Source: Dicyema japonicum (Eukaryota > Animalia > Dicyemida). From it: a DNA stretch of 64,000 nt. Both the position numbers and the translations under genes were made by a program. The stretch is taken from contig RDEW01000049.1 of the NCBI GenBank assembly GCA_011109175.1, positions 246,945-310,944 of the forward strand, given 5' to 3'. Each line of letters starts with the position of its first letter. The first letter of the stretch is position 1. This document shows positions 40,449 through 54,008 of the stretch, in pieces. Under the pieces are notes generated by a model, which made no database searches, was not told where the DNA came from, and saw nothing but the letters and a program-made list of their open reading frames with translations.

Positions 40449-41521
40449 TTAAAAATTAATGTGATGAATGAAACTAGAATTAGTATATTTACATTTCTTC
40501 TCCAATATCAACTCTTTGTCTCTTGTTGGAGACACACTCGGTCGTCTTGAATTACTCAAATTTGTACCTCGTTGGTGGTGGTCTCGCTTGAGGATCTTTT
40601 CCCACCAGACTCGGGAAATAGCTTCTTTAAAATCATCCTCTCTTTCTTCCACTGAGAAATCATCTGATTCGAACTCGTCTTGTTCATTCCTTGAGGACTC
40701 CCCGATTGGGACGATTCAAATTCCAGGGATTTGTAGCCGTCGGATCCAAAGTTCGGCTTGAAGGACTTCATTTTCATTTTTATCAAATTGTCAAACGTCT
40801 CCAATGGGGATAGCGAATTTGGTGGACCCTCAGTCTCCTTGAATCGACACTCTCTATTCTTCTTCCTCGCTATTGCTCCGTCATTTTTCTCATTTTCTCG
40901 GTCATATTTAACGACGTCTGAATTCACGCTGTAATAGTCCACGTCTGTCCCCAAATGACCGTTAATGTTAACACAGCCGGGATTCTGACAGTTTAGGTTG
41001 CATTTTTCGGAATTTATATGATAAAACTTGTCCCCCGCCTTTGCATACATGGGAGTCATATCTGTATTCCTATAATACACGGGAGTTAAATCCGCATAGT
41101 AGTTATTGTATCCATAGTCACGAGGTAAGAAATCTGAATGGTAGACGTCCTTGTTGAGTCCGAGTCCAAATGGTGGATCAAATTGCCGGTCGTCTTTGGG
41201 ATCTTCAAAGTATGTGGTCAGTTTTGGGAGCATTTCCCGGGAGTCAATACCATTTGGATGGTTCACAGCGTATATGTGGTTATAATACAAGTCATGTGGA
41301 GAGTAATATGACAAAACGGAACTATTCTGTTGGGTAATAGACGACTGGTAGTCCTCATAGGGGATCTCCACATCATAGTCAAGAGGATCAAAAGAGAGTC
41401 CTGAATTGTCCGTGGGTTTCGTGCATGACATGATTGAGTAAATCTCTATAAATAACGCTGAGAATAAATGCTTATATAGTACGCCGGTATACATGCCTTT
41501 CGCATAAAGCTCAGCTGGCAC
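40449..41521 (-). CDS. Hypothetical Tyr/Asp-rich protein
   Basis: 321-codon ORF. A candidate 23-nt GT-AG intron (gtcccaatcggggagtcctcaag) switches to an acidic C-terminal frame ending at 40449. No recognised domain. Confidence 0.5.
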
Positions 41522-41839
41522 TTGGCAACCACACGTAAGGCTTTCATAAACTCGATAATAGGAATAAAGAAAACTTAATTGGATTACTTTAATTAAGAGA
41601 GCTTGTCAGCGACCATCCACCGTATAATAGTACGTGGTCAGTTAAAAAGAATATTAGGCACGATAATGCTAAAGTACACAGCTTCGGTTATAATCAACAA
41701 ACCAGAGAGATGCTTTAAAGTGCGGCATACTTGTGTTTTATATTACCGACGTTGCTTCACAGACGGCGTGTCAAATGAACTGATTATGCATAGTGCACCA
41801 TATTACACGTTAGAGCACCAGCTGGCCTCTCTAAAATTA

Positions 41840-42075
41840 ACAACTGCTCCCCAATGGTACTCCCCACAGGCAATATTGCTGCAAACAACTGCTCCCCAAT
41901 GACTCCCCACTAGCAATATACTAAAAAACAACTGCTCCCTAATGACACGCCCCACAGGCAATATTACTCCAAACAACTGCTCCCCAATGACACGCACCAC
42001 AGGTAATTCCACTCAACTGGTGCAAACCACTGGTCCCCAATGACGCTCTCCACAGGCAATTCCACTCAATTGTCA
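41840..42075. repeat. Tandem repeat, about 5 x 45 bp
   Basis: caactgctccccaatgacacgccccacaggcaatattactccaaa variants. Confidence 0.8.
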
Positions 42076-42779
42076 ACTTCCAAGGAGACTTAATAATAAT
42101 ACCCTCGTTAAAAATGAAAAGGGACTGATTAAGCCTAGTAAATAAATTAATTACCTTTTTATAAATAGTTCTAATTGATGACAATAATAGCACAATCTAT
42201 TCTTAGGGGAATGCTACTAAAGCTGGCCCCCTATTAACTGTGATTAAAATAATTTTAATTAACGCTTCATCCAATTATAGTAGATTCCCTTTAGTGTGCC
42301 TTCATTCCACTCTACATGTTCTTCACGTGCTTAGTGGGGGATAAATTGGCTTGGTGGGCAACAAAGCATTAATAATCCTGACAATTATCTTAAGCCACCA
42401 TTCAGATGTTTAAAGCTTAATTTCCTAGTAGACCATCAAATTGGCTGAATTATTTAAAATCTTCCAAATTAGCATTTCAAGTAGAACTCGATGAGGGCTC
42501 CACTTCATGCATATTGGAATGTTGTCAGGCGTGTTTAGATCTGTTCAAACCAGTAAGTTGCAACCTCAGGATCACTATTTCTCAAAGGCCCTGGAATAGG
42601 AATCCTTGAGTGAGTGTGGTCCTAGTTTGGGCATGTGGCATATTTGTGTACCTCCATAAATTCATTTTATTTACTAACTTGCAATTCCAGCAGAAATGTT
42701 CAGGAGCCACAAAACAGTAAAGTTGACGTTTGAACGAGTTGGCAGTGATTTGTCAACTTGACAGGCTTTCAATCATTCT

Positions 42780-43330
42780 TAAGCGATTAACTCGAAATGT
42801 TATTTTTCCACTGAAAAAATTACCTGACTCGTATCATGCTAATATGGTCAATCATGGCTTCAACTTATTGAGATTGGTTATATTAGGGGATCTGGGATGT
42901 CCTTGTGACAGTGAGAGGTCCACCAAATTCGCAATCAGCTGAGTTCAGTAAATCCCCGATGCAAAAAAGCCAAACTGATTGGTTCTTAACAGAAATGAGA
43001 AATCTCCATGGCAACTGAATAGATCCCCTCCAAAGTCAATACTTTTATGAAAAGGGACAAAAAGTCAAAATCTGTTTTATGTCTATGGTTGATGCTAAAG
43101 TCACTGGCGTGGGACGCCACAAGTATCGACTCCCTTTTTTTATCAACATCTTTAAGAGCGTGGTAAATGCATTATCCCCCGTAGAAAATGTGAAGTCTAA
43201 TGAGGAGGAAATCGATGGCTTCTCGATCGGTTTACGTTCCGTGCAATTGCTGTCAGACAACAGGAGGTCAGCAGAAAGTCTGTTTTTCCGGAAAAGACTT
43301 GAATGTCTGGTTGTACTAATGATCCATGAC
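42780..43330 (+). mobile_element. Heavily decayed non-LTR RT (RTE-like)
   Basis: VIFPLKK..D, GVGRH..LPFFINIF and VQLLSDN remnants of the IIPI.KKGD / GVRQG..SP.LFN / LLYADD motifs. Confidence 0.4.
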
Positions 43331-44994
43331 GTCCATGTAATCCAAAGGTTCTCCCAGTTGATTCGGTACTCCAAGTACTCCCAAGATCACAAAGAATGAT
43401 CCAGAATCAGAGGAAAGGGAAAAAAGATGTTCGTAGCATCTGTGGGAATCCCCAAGGAAGGATCCAACTCTGTGAGGACTTTGATCCACCTTAATAACTT
43501 CTGGAACATGAAATATGAAGAGGAGTCTTACACCAGGGGAAGTCGAANGGTACTCCAAGTACTCCCAAGATCACAAAGAATGATCCAGAATCAGAGGAAA
43601 GGGAAAACAGATGTTCGTAGCATCTGTGGGAATCCCCAAGGAAGGATCCAACTCTGTGAGGACTTTGATCCACCTTAATAACTTCGGGAACATGAAAAAT
43701 GAAGAGGAGCCTTACACCAGAGGAAGTCGAACTTATGAATGTGCTCAAGTTAAATGTTTGGCCTTTTTTAACTGAAATTCAATTTCCCACCAAAAATCTA
43801 TTAATAATAAAACATTGAAGGTACCATCTAAACAATCGGGAGAATCATCACAATAGGGGGAATGGATAACCTTGATTCGGTGTTAATCAACTCCTGACAG
43901 CTAGTATATCCGGGGGTTATTAAATAAATCTGTAGAAGGGTTCTTCGACGAAGGTCTCATGATTACCCAGCATAGGCTTCTATGGGAATTGATGCGATTT
44001 TGGAAATGCGTAATTTTCGTCCCCCAGTAATATAAAATTGCACTTATTTGTCTCCTGTGTTGCCTAATTTGTCTTATTTTTTAGCAAAAAACTCTTAATT
44101 AAAAGCTTAGTTCTATCACGTGTCTATGGTCCACGCATGCAACAGTTGATTGGTCAGTGCATGAAATATGCGTGTTATGGTTAAGAGGGAAAAAAGGTGA
44201 GAAAAAATTTAAATATTTTTGTGGTAAAAAAATAGGGGAAATAAAGAGTAAACAAGAACAACGCAAACATCTATCTATTACTGGGAGTTTTTATGAAGAA
44301 ATTAAAGATTTCTGAAAAAAATTTTACAAGATATTGCAGTTTAATAATTTCCGAGCCAAATACTAGGAATCTCAAGTTCGAATCTCACTGCTTTCAACTC
44401 GGTAGGGGAGTTCACTCATCTACGATGCTTCTGAATTTACGAGTGACNCTAAAAAAACAGTGTTAGAGAGCCGCAACACTAACTGCATTGTTATTCTACT
44501 CTAATCGCTAGCGCCTTCTGCAAGACTTCTAAGTGGGCTTAGATTAGGTTTCCATGTTTTTTGAAAAAGCTTAGGAAGACTGTCAGATGGCTGCAGAGAT
44601 TTTTACAAAAGAACGGATTTTAGTTTACTCTCAGTAATCAGCATACTTTTTGCGCTGTAATACCTCAGACTTACCAGAGTTTGAGCAGGAATGGCAGGGC
44701 TCTAGGGAGCATGTTTGAAAGGAAAATGTATTCGCAGATGACGTCCTAGAATTAGGGTTTCAATAGAAAAATGGTCATTTCACTTGGACCTTTTACGTCT
44801 CACCTACAAATCCCGTCGAGGTGAGCATAAAGATGAAACCAGTTGACTAGCTCAAATTTTACGGTACTGGGAAACTCTTACTTGAAAGTTAACAACAAAT
44901 TATTAATTAGATTATTAATTCTCGAAAGTTCTTATAATATTTTTCACTATGAGCACATCTCAAACAAATACCTCCATTCCCATTACGATATCCA

Positions 44995-45260
44995 CCCATT
45001 GGACGGAGAAATAAGAAGTAACAGATGGGGCTTATTTGGTCACATCTTGAGAATGGACAAGAATATTCCTGCTAATCTCGCGATGGAACACCACTATGCT
45101 CCTCACCCTGGATCGACTTCCTGAGGAAGACCGCTAATCACTCTATCAACCCTTCTACATCAAGACCTAACTTCGACTGGGAAAGGGTTGACGTCGGGAG
45201 ATGACCTTGAACACCTGAAGGACCTATAGAGGAGCAGAGGGAACTGAAAGCGATTAACAA
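44995..45260 (+). mobile_element. RTE-like LINE 3' fragment
   Basis: RWGLFGHILRMD..IPANLAM...GRP...L..DL...DDLEHL; same family at 57330-57815 and 63640-63700. Confidence 0.7.
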
Positions 45261-45662
45261 AAAGGATCCAGGAGAGCCAGAAGAGGGTGGCACAACTTTA
45301 CTAACGTTGTTTTGCGGTGTACTTATTAATAATAGCTTTGAATTCATAATTATCATATGAAATTTTTCATTGAATATGGTTCGCACATGCCTTATCAACC
45401 ATATACATAGGGTATAGCTTTGAATTCATAATAATCATATGAATTTTTCATTAATATGGTTCGCACATGCCTTATCAACCATATACATAGGGTATAGCTT
45501 TGAAACCACGTAATTAAATTTATCACATTCGGCATTGCTTTGAGATGCACTTAACAGAACCATTCAACCAACACAAAAGCCTAACAAGGTCACTAACAAA
45601 AGCCACAAAGGTAGCAACCAAAAAACAACATAATAAATTATTGAAAATAAAAACGTTCTAAT

Positions 45663-46727
45663 TCATCCAATTCGTTGTTTCTTCTTGTCAACCCAATCAT
45701 AGCGACCGTCATCCACTAACCCTCTGTTCAGAAACAGCACCTTGAACAATTGCAGTAGATAACAGTAATCTGGGGTCTCATCAAACCTCAGACAACGGAC
45801 GTAGTTCAGGTACACAGCAAACTCGTTGGGGATCTGCTGACACAGAGACTCCACAGAAGTCGAAATCTTCTTCTCACAGATCCTCTCATACTTCTGTTTC
45901 CGGTCCTTGGCCTTCAGACCCTGCCACGGCAGGTCCCCCCGCATCAAATACACCAACAGGTACCCCAGAGATTCCAGGTCGTCTCGTCTACTCTGTTCGA
46001 TTCCCATGTGGGCGTTTATGCTGGCGTACCTAGCCGTCCCAACGAGACTCCTGTTGTCCCTGTAGGGAATGTGGACACCTGACGAGTTAGCGAATTTCTT
46101 TGACAGNAGGTACCCCAGAGATTCCAGGTCGTCTCGTCTACTCTGTTCGATTCCCATGTGGGCGTTTATGCTGGCGTACCTAGCCGTCCCAACGAGACTC
46201 CTGTTGTCCCTGTAGGGAATGTGGACACCTGACGAGTTGGCGAATTTCTTTGACAGGCCAAAGTCGATTACGTATACGACTCTGTGGAGACGTCCATTTC
46301 CCATGACAAAGTTGTCTGGCTTGATGTCCCGGTGTATCATGTTCTTGGAGTGGATGTACTCGAGACGGGAAATCAGCTGCTGCGCCAACATCAAAACGGT
46401 CTTCAAAGAGAAGGTACGGGAACAAAATGTGAATAGATCCTCAATTGAGGGTCCAAGTAGGTCCATGATGAGAATATTGAAGTTACTGTTCCTCGTAAAG
46501 CCGATAACATTCGGTATCCCTTTCTCTCCCTCCAGGCATTTGTAAATTTTATACTCAAACTCCAACTGGGGTTGTGAAGTGATACTGTTTTCCATTTTGA
46601 GGGCAACCTCCTGCCCGTTTATGATATTCAGACCCAAGTAGATCCGCCCAAATGAACCACTTCCAATCTTTTTAACGAGTTTGTATCTGTTTGCCACTAT
46701 AAAATTCAGTTTGTCCACCTCATTCAT
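45663..46727 (-). CDS. Casein kinase 1 (alpha-like), intronless
   Basis: [63 protein letters not shown]. The 39-aa internal repeat at the N (about 46107) is a scaffold overlap. Confidence 0.93.
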   Translation of the reverse strand: MNEVDKLNFIVANRYKLVKKIGSGSFGRIYLGLNIINGQEVALKMENSITSQPQLEFEYKIYKCLEGEKGIPNVIGFTRNSNFNILIMDLLGPSIEDLFTFCSRTFSLKTVLMLAQQLISRLEYIHSKNMIHRDIKPDNFVMGNGRLHRVVYVIDFGLSKKFANSSGVHIPYRDNRSLVGTARYASINAHMGIEQSRRDDLESLGYXLSKKFANSSGVHIPYRDNRSLVGTARYASINAHMGIEQSRRDDLESLGYLLVYLMRGDLPWQGLKAKDRKQKYERICEKKISTSVESLCQQIPNEFAVYLNYVRCLRFDETPDYCYLLQLFKVLFLNRGLVDDGRYDWVDKKKQRIG

Positions 46728-48176
46728 AATTAGATGCCAAAAAATATGGATTTAAAAATTTTTAAATTATTAAAATTTAAAATTATTCGCTTTTTAAAAG
46801 TAATTAAAACATTTTTGGAAGGGTCTCCTCTCTAACACTTTTGGAATCCCTAATCCGTAAGATGACTCCGTGTCATGAGTGCCGAACAAAACCCTGATGG
46901 TTCATGGTTTGCTGCTGTACATTACGGCTGAAGGTTCCACACATCTATGATGCTTTGAAGAGTGACTCCGTCATCAGTTGACCAAAATGTGGTCTCTGCT
47001 GGGATCTTTTGATCAGTTAATTTGGTGTTACCGTGGTCTTGAATGTTCATTTTATTCTAACGAGGAAGTACTCTGAGATTAATGTTGTGGTAAAGTCACC
47101 CTTTCATCACAAGATCTCCTTTCCGCGTTTCTGCTATACGTCCACTATTTTGCTGGTCACTAACGATTGAGTTATTTGGCCTAAGCTCAAGATGAATTGT
47201 CGAAATTTTGAGTCTGACGTCACGTGGCATGATTTTGAATGTGATTTAGTAGAACTTTGGTATATTCGAGTGGTAATTTTGAAAGAATTGTGGTCCCTGG
47301 GTTCGATTCCAGCTGGAGACTTAATCCAAGGGTTCTTGTCCTTTACTCAGTTTCTTTTCCTCATTCCTTCATTATCTTTGAATCTATCTGCCTTATGAGC
47401 CCAGTCCCAGGATATCTTAAAAAAGTATCATCCTCCTCCTCAATTTCATTGACTTGTATGCTTCCTCTAAATGGAATGGAAGTGGTAATGTTGTCATCCT
47501 AGGAGTTCAGGAAAAATCATTATCTTTGAATCTATCTGCCTTATGAGCCCAGTCCCAGGATATCTTAAAAAAGTATTATCCTCCTCCTCAATTTCATTGA
47601 CTTGTATGCTTCCTCTAAATGGAATGAAAGTGGTAATGTTGTCATCCTAGGAGTTCAGGAAGAAAACTGTGTGATTGAGATGGTTCGTCTGAGCAGTAGG
47701 GCTGTCATTATCAAATATCGAATTATGCCTTAATAATACTGATTTCATGAAATTTCCATATTTACCATTGCATTCCCCCAATTCTCATACGGAGCTATAA
47801 ACCAAGTCCACCCAGAATCAATGAAGAAAAAGACAATGTCTTTAGAGTTGTAGGACCCCTCCAATGGAGTTGGAGTGAGGAAAAGATCATTTTTGCGTCA
47901 ACCTGAGATCATAAAACCCAAACCGCTTTCCTCCTTATATGCCACCTGATCTTTGATAGCAAAAAAGGTGGGACATCAGAAAAGAGGGATGGCCGATCGA
48001 ACGCGGACACTACATTTGACACCGATAAGTGAAATAACTGTTTCGTACAAAATTGAGAAATAAAAATCAGTAGGCAGTTAACTTCCCCAAGAAAGATTTC
48101 CTACGGTAGCTGACTTAAAAGTCATGTGCGTCCTAATAAAGTTATAAGGTAATATTTTTCATATTAAAATCAAAAA

Positions 48177-49028
48177 TCACTGAGAATGCCTAAGAGTAGT
48201 GGCAGGCTGTCTCGATTGCAACCCATAATAAGCAGCCGACAAAAGTTGATTAGAATACCCCATCTGCTGGTACGCCAACTCATCCATAGTGGCTCGACTG
48301 TAACCTCCGGTATCCAACTTAAACGCAAACTGGAAGAACAGCTGCTTAGAATAATGATTCCAATGAGTCCAAAATGTCTTGTAGTCCTTGTCCACCTCCC
48401 TACTTGGCACCTTAAAAGCTATCGTCTCATAAGGCTCCGCAGCAAAGAGTAAGTACTGCCAGGCCTTGTCTGGAGGTTCCACCCGCTGCTCGTAGGCCGA
48501 CATAAATCGGTGTCTCGGGGAGATCCCGTCCACAATTTCGGGGTAATCTATCTGGAACAACAAGCTCTGTTGCCCAGTCTCTGGGTCTCTCTGTTTGGTC
48601 ACTAAAAATTAAAAGAACTCTTCACCCTTGTAACCAGGACGCCCTATAGTCACGAATTTTCTGATTTCCACAGGCATTTGTACCACTGAAGGCATGGGAG
48701 CATCCACCTGAGAGTCTTTGAAGGCTCTCTCACCACTAAAGTAAAAGGATCGTGGTTACAGGTTCGCCTGGTGCTTTTTCCCCTGAGTGTGAGTGAGGTA
48801 ACTGGCCTCATTGGAGTGGATGGTTAGGCAGAGTTTGCATTCGAAGGTCCCCAGGTGATTTTTCATGAAATAGGGATCCTTTAATGGTTGAAGAAATTAT
48901 ACCTTGTCTAAGTCAATAGTTTCCATTGCAAGAAGTCGAAGTCTCTCTCTTCTGTCTCTGTTGGCATCTGAGGCACTAGCAACTCCACCAGATCCAGTGT
49001 TTGCGCCTGGACGATGTTGGAAATCCAT
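48177..49028 (-). CDS. SF3A2: Splicing factor 3A subunit 2 (U2 snRNP), 3 micro-introns
   Basis: MDFQHRPG..TGSGGVAS, DPYFMKNHLG.FECKLCLTIHSNEASYL.HTQGKKHQ, IGRPGYKVTKQRDPETGQQSLLFQIDYPEI, FAAEPYETIAFKVPSREVD. Confidence 0.97.
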
Positions 49029-50458
49029 AATGCAAGAAACAACAATATTTAAATAAATTATTATTATTTTTAATTAATAATAATATTTAATTAAAATTAT
49101 ATTATTAAATAAGTATTTTACGACTAAGATTTACGTAAATCATTTTTTATTTGCAAACGAGTTACAATTCTACTTGAATCCTTCGCTATGGTACGCATCA
49201 GGCTATTCCCTTCAAACAGAAGATTGACGCATTCTGCTCCCTCCCTGACTATAAAGAGAAAACAAACCCCATGCTCCAACAACGTAAAAATATGGGAGTC
49301 ACTATCTAGTTTCTACTGACTTTCTAGAGACATGTAGATAATATGCCATCCTATTGGCAAAGTAAATTCAATTTTATGAAGGCACTTTTTGGACAGGATC
49401 TACGGATTCACCAAACATGCACCTATAGAGGACCAAGGATTTCCATTTCTTAGTTACAGGAACTTTAAAGAAGTTTTCCGCCCAGTACAAGACCTCATCC
49501 TCTTTATGACCTTAAGTTGCCGCACAGTTCATCGCTATGAGGTTCTGTTTTTACAACGATTACAGAAAGTCGAATGATCTAGGGAAGAACACCAAGTCGA
49601 AATGAGGTGACTACTGAAAGAGGCCACAATCACTTAACGCACGCGCTTCCTTTTAATTGGTGATTTCTTGATTTTTAATAATTATAGAAAATTCTTCATC
49701 ACATTCAGCTACGGCTGTGGAGTATCCCCCTCGGAGTTAATGCCCCACTGAACGTCAACTATTCACATCCTTGGCAATATCTCTTCCTTGGTCAAATGAA
49801 TGTCGGTCGGCCTAGATCTTCCCCAATCGATTTCTCGTGTAAGCACGAGAGGAGGTACTTCCGGGCCGTGGTAAGTACTTGGTCTTTCTTGAATATACTA
49901 GGGATATCGCTGTTTGAGATCAGCATTTGGAGCACAGAAACCCTCAGAAGATCCATAAGCAAGGCAGTTATGACCAAGCTTTATTCATAGACAAAACAAG
50001 ATCACTTGGGTCTCCTCTAATCCTGTCGAATTGTTAGGATCCACCTACTTACTCACCACTCATATAGACTAGTTACCCCCACATAGACCAACAAATACTA
50101 AAATTCAGACTTTGCGACCGTCCTTAAAAATTTTATAGGTCACTCCCTAAAGGGATAATTTGATGTATAACTAAGCAACTTCTCATACCCCCTGTTCTGA
50201 GATACACTGGGATCACTCGGGTTTGAAAGGAGAGGCACGAGGATAGTCTGGGTCGTAGCTTCGGGGGAGGAATTGCATAACTCTCATTTACAGGTGCAAT
50301 GGAAAGCTTTGCCCAAAAGATGACCCGAGTATGTTGATTTGATTGAAGACTTTGTACATTGCTCCCCCACCAGAAGTTAAGGCAAAAATGATGTAGTCAT
50401 GAAAACTTAGAAATTCAAACATCCCCCAAAATAAACAGGAAACAACAAATAGTAAAGT

Positions 50459-51304
50459 TCACATTCTTCTAACCAGGAAAAAAGCCGACAAAACAACAAT
50501 GAGGACTGTTCCCACCAAAACCATCCAGGAGCCTCCCCCATATGGGTTACTCACACCAATATTCCCAAAGTTGTAATTAAACTGAGGAGCAGGTTCACTT
50601 TCAATGTCCCCAGCAGAGTCAAAACCGTCGTAATCAACAATGAGTGGGGGAAGGTTGACGACATCAGCAAGAGTCCCCCGCATAATATACATAGCGTTGA
50701 TCTTGGGGTTATCTATAAACAACTAGAGGTAATCAGGGTCACTTACCGTCATGAACTTCACCAGTAACTCTCCGTTATAGGGACGAACGTCATGGTTCAA
50801 AGATAGTTGGTCTCCGCGGATCGAAAATTCAACGGCAACATCATGGGCGGTGGCAAACCCGACCTCTTTGAAAATGTCGAGCTCATTGATGACCACAAAG
50901 TCGTTCAGAGCCACGGAAAACACCTGAAACGTAAAAAGAGACTAAACCTTCTGACCCACTTGGGTGAAGTACACCTCTGAGAATTTGAACACGATTACGT
51001 AATCCCCGTCTTCCGCGAGAGTCACGGAATATTCGAAATCCTCGGTGGAATACCTCTCAGTTTGATAAAGTTGGGTATCACTGGGATCAGTGGTTCGTTT
51101 TATGAAAAAATTAGACCCGTGGTCGGATGCAACCCCATAAGTGTTGTAATCAGCAGAATAATAGACTCCGGCACTGTCGGTGATTTCGGGTCCCCCACAA
51201 TTAACTGACCAGACGACATCACTAGGATCTAACGACTTTGTTTGTGAAACAATAATCAATGACAGCAAAATCATAGAATTTAAACTCATTAAAAGAAGTG
51301 ACAT
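50459..51304 (-). CDS. MLEC: Malectin, 2 micro-introns
   Basis: Signal peptide, VNCGG, LYQTERY, KFSEVYF.Q..QK|VF.VALN, DNPKINA, C-terminal TM helix followed by RRM. Confidence 0.92.
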
Positions 51305-51339
51305 AAATAATTTATTTATTTAATTTTTTAATTTAAATT

Positions 51340-52005
51340 AATTAGTCCTGTAGCGTTTGAAACAGATAAACGGTTTTATTTCTAAGAGAAGCATCCAAAG
51401 ACTCGATGATAACAAAATACTACACCGGCCTCTTTCTTCCAATAGACCAATCAGAATCCTCTCTTCCGAGGGTCGTCCGAGTAAACCTGGCTCGTCTCTA
51501 CCAACGTATGATGTCCTCTGTCCCTTGTGGGCACCACTCCTCTCTACCGACGTACGATATCCTCTGTCCCTTTTGCAAACTCTAAGTGTTGACAACAAAC
51601 CACCTATTTGAATGTCATAAATTAGCACAACGTTTGTCTACAATGCCGGGACTGACCGATCTATGGGAGTGAAAGGCATTTTCTGCGTCCTATTTAAAAG
51701 CTGCTGGCCTACTACAAATAATTGAGGCTGGGGTTACTTAACTAACTACCAAGAAAATTGTTTGGTAGTTGCTTGGTGGGGAAATAAGTAGGCTCTGTTA
51801 GCTACAAATGAAGGCAGGTTTCTCCAATAGCAAGTGACTCACATAAAAACCAGACCCATCTTGCTTTTTGACGACCTGAAGACGTGTCACCTTCGAGTTC
51901 TGCACAGAATCAAATATACCTGTCGGATCTATGCGAGCGTCTACTTTTGGGTGTAACGTTTTTTATCCACCGGTTTTTTTCACTCGAAGGGGGGTAAATA
52001 AATTA
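51340..52005 (+). mobile_element. Heavily decayed CR1/L2-like LINE ending in a family-D-like tail
   Basis: Faint RT remnants (VLCPLWAPLL resembles GVPQGS.LGPLL) and terminal ggggtaaataaattaa. Confidence 0.35.
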
Positions 52006-54008
52006 ATTAGTGAAATTAATAAAAAATCTAGTCAAAGTAATTGGCCACGTGTTATTCTTTAAGAACTTCTTTACTATGGACATGTACCTTTCGACTCGAT
52101 CTGTTACAATATGGACTAGAGGGGAACTAATAAACTTTTAAAGACGGCTAATTATGAGAATCTTCTATTTCTATGGTTAACGAGGCCTAAAATATTCGCA
52201 TTCATAAACGACACCTGGGTCACTTAAACGATAACTTGATGACAATAACCAATGAGAGACCCTATCCTTAGGAGTAACATAGGGGCCTGATCCAAAGTGA
52301 TCAGGAAACCACCCGACCCCAAAGAGCTTGTGTAGGCTCAAAAGAGGAACGACAAGCTGGGAGTCTGGATCAAATAGGTCAACTGACCAATATAATATTG
52401 ATTGCTAATATTGGCTGATGATTAGGTTGATTCCCTCTTGACGCGTTTATTGGGGAACTGACAGACCTAATGATTTCCTCCTTCCTCCTCTGGGAGGATT
52501 TGTGCCATAGGATTCGAATCTAGAACATCGGTGTATATTGCAATTCTTTAATTCGGAAACAATGTTTTCGAATCCTCCATTGTGTCTGTCCGAGGGGAGG
52601 GAGGTTGCCCCAATGAATGCATATATCCGATGGAAGCAAATTTTGTAATGATTCTCTTGCAAGTTACTGTACATTTAACCACCGAATATAAGTCTATTTA
52701 TTAAGGATGAAGCGGGAGACAGTTGAAATACCATGGGTCCCATTTCCAGGGCCTGGACTCCTCACTAATGTCCCCCCGTCGATTATTCATTTTCAGCAAG
52801 TTGGAGATATGAAGTCAGCTGTTTCCCCAACAGCAGCCCTCACTGGTCTCAACGTCGGACCTCATACTTGTAGTGGATCGCCTCTTCTTCAACATCCAGG
52901 GTTCTCCATCATGTCGGTATGGCAAATTATTTCTTATAAATTGAAAAATATGTTAAAAATCGATTAGAAGTTCAAAATAAATCACGAAATGTTTTTTATA
53001 CCGCGCTTTGACCCTGACAATAATGGAGCTATTGGTGGCCGAAGACATTCAATCCGCATTTCGTGAGCATATATGTGATTCCCAAAGAACGCCTAACATA
53101 TATGAAGGGGCTATTAAGAAGAGTCGGGATCACCCAATAGCAGTGTTTTTCTCAAATAAGAATCATGATCCAAGCGGATAATCTGTTCAAAGTCTTAGCA
53201 TCAAGCAGTCTTTCTCAGTATTCAAGGCTTGAGAGTGGTTTTCAGTCCTAATCCGCTCTTGGTGGTGATGACTATGAATAGTGTGGTAAATAGTAAAACC
53301 ACGATATCTTAATCAAAGAAAATAGATTCAAACTCATACTGAGGGAAGCTTAATGTAAGGTTATACCGATAAGCATACTGAGTTGGATCCCTTAAAATGT
53401 TGAGGCAAGGGTACCCATGCTACCTCAGGAAAGATCATCAAACTTTATTCGAACTCTTTTCCTTGGAACTCAAGTGGAGAGTCCACAGACAGCCAGATGC
53501 CAAGGTCTATTAATATTGTCTTCACCATGAACAAGTGACACACAGAACTAGAAGTACAAAGAGTACCCGCGTGGTTATAATTATTATTTTCAAAAATCAA
53601 TTCCATGTTTAATATAAAATAACCCCCAACTATAATTGCTCCATGATCACCGAGTTAAAGAAATGTATGGCATCAGCTGAATGATCCCAGACAAATAATT
53701 ATGAAAGCGACGGGACAATCGGTCTTGGACCAGTCTCCATAACGGGCTTAAAATCTTCTATCTCTGATGGTCTTCTAGATATTTGATAAATAAGTCGTGG
53801 AAGAGATTGATTGGTAGCTTAGTCAATTTCACAGATTTCCTTTGTTGTTCGAGTGTAAGTTCTCCAAGAGTCATGGAACCATTAGACAACTCCCAAGATA
53901 GTGGACAACTAATGCAAGTAATAAGGAAAAACACCCAACAATTAAACCAAAAATCCCGCCTAAATCCCAGAAGCACTAGTCAAAAGAAACACGATTAATC
54001 AAAAAGAA

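Noticed and set aside
47270-47325. tRNA-like B-box GGTTCGATTCC
   Set aside because: No cloverleaf or acceptor stem could be formed.
48177-49028. SF3A2 lacks the long proline-rich heptad tail
   Set aside because: Short SF3A2 proteins are normal in invertebrates, so this is not evidence of spliceosome change.
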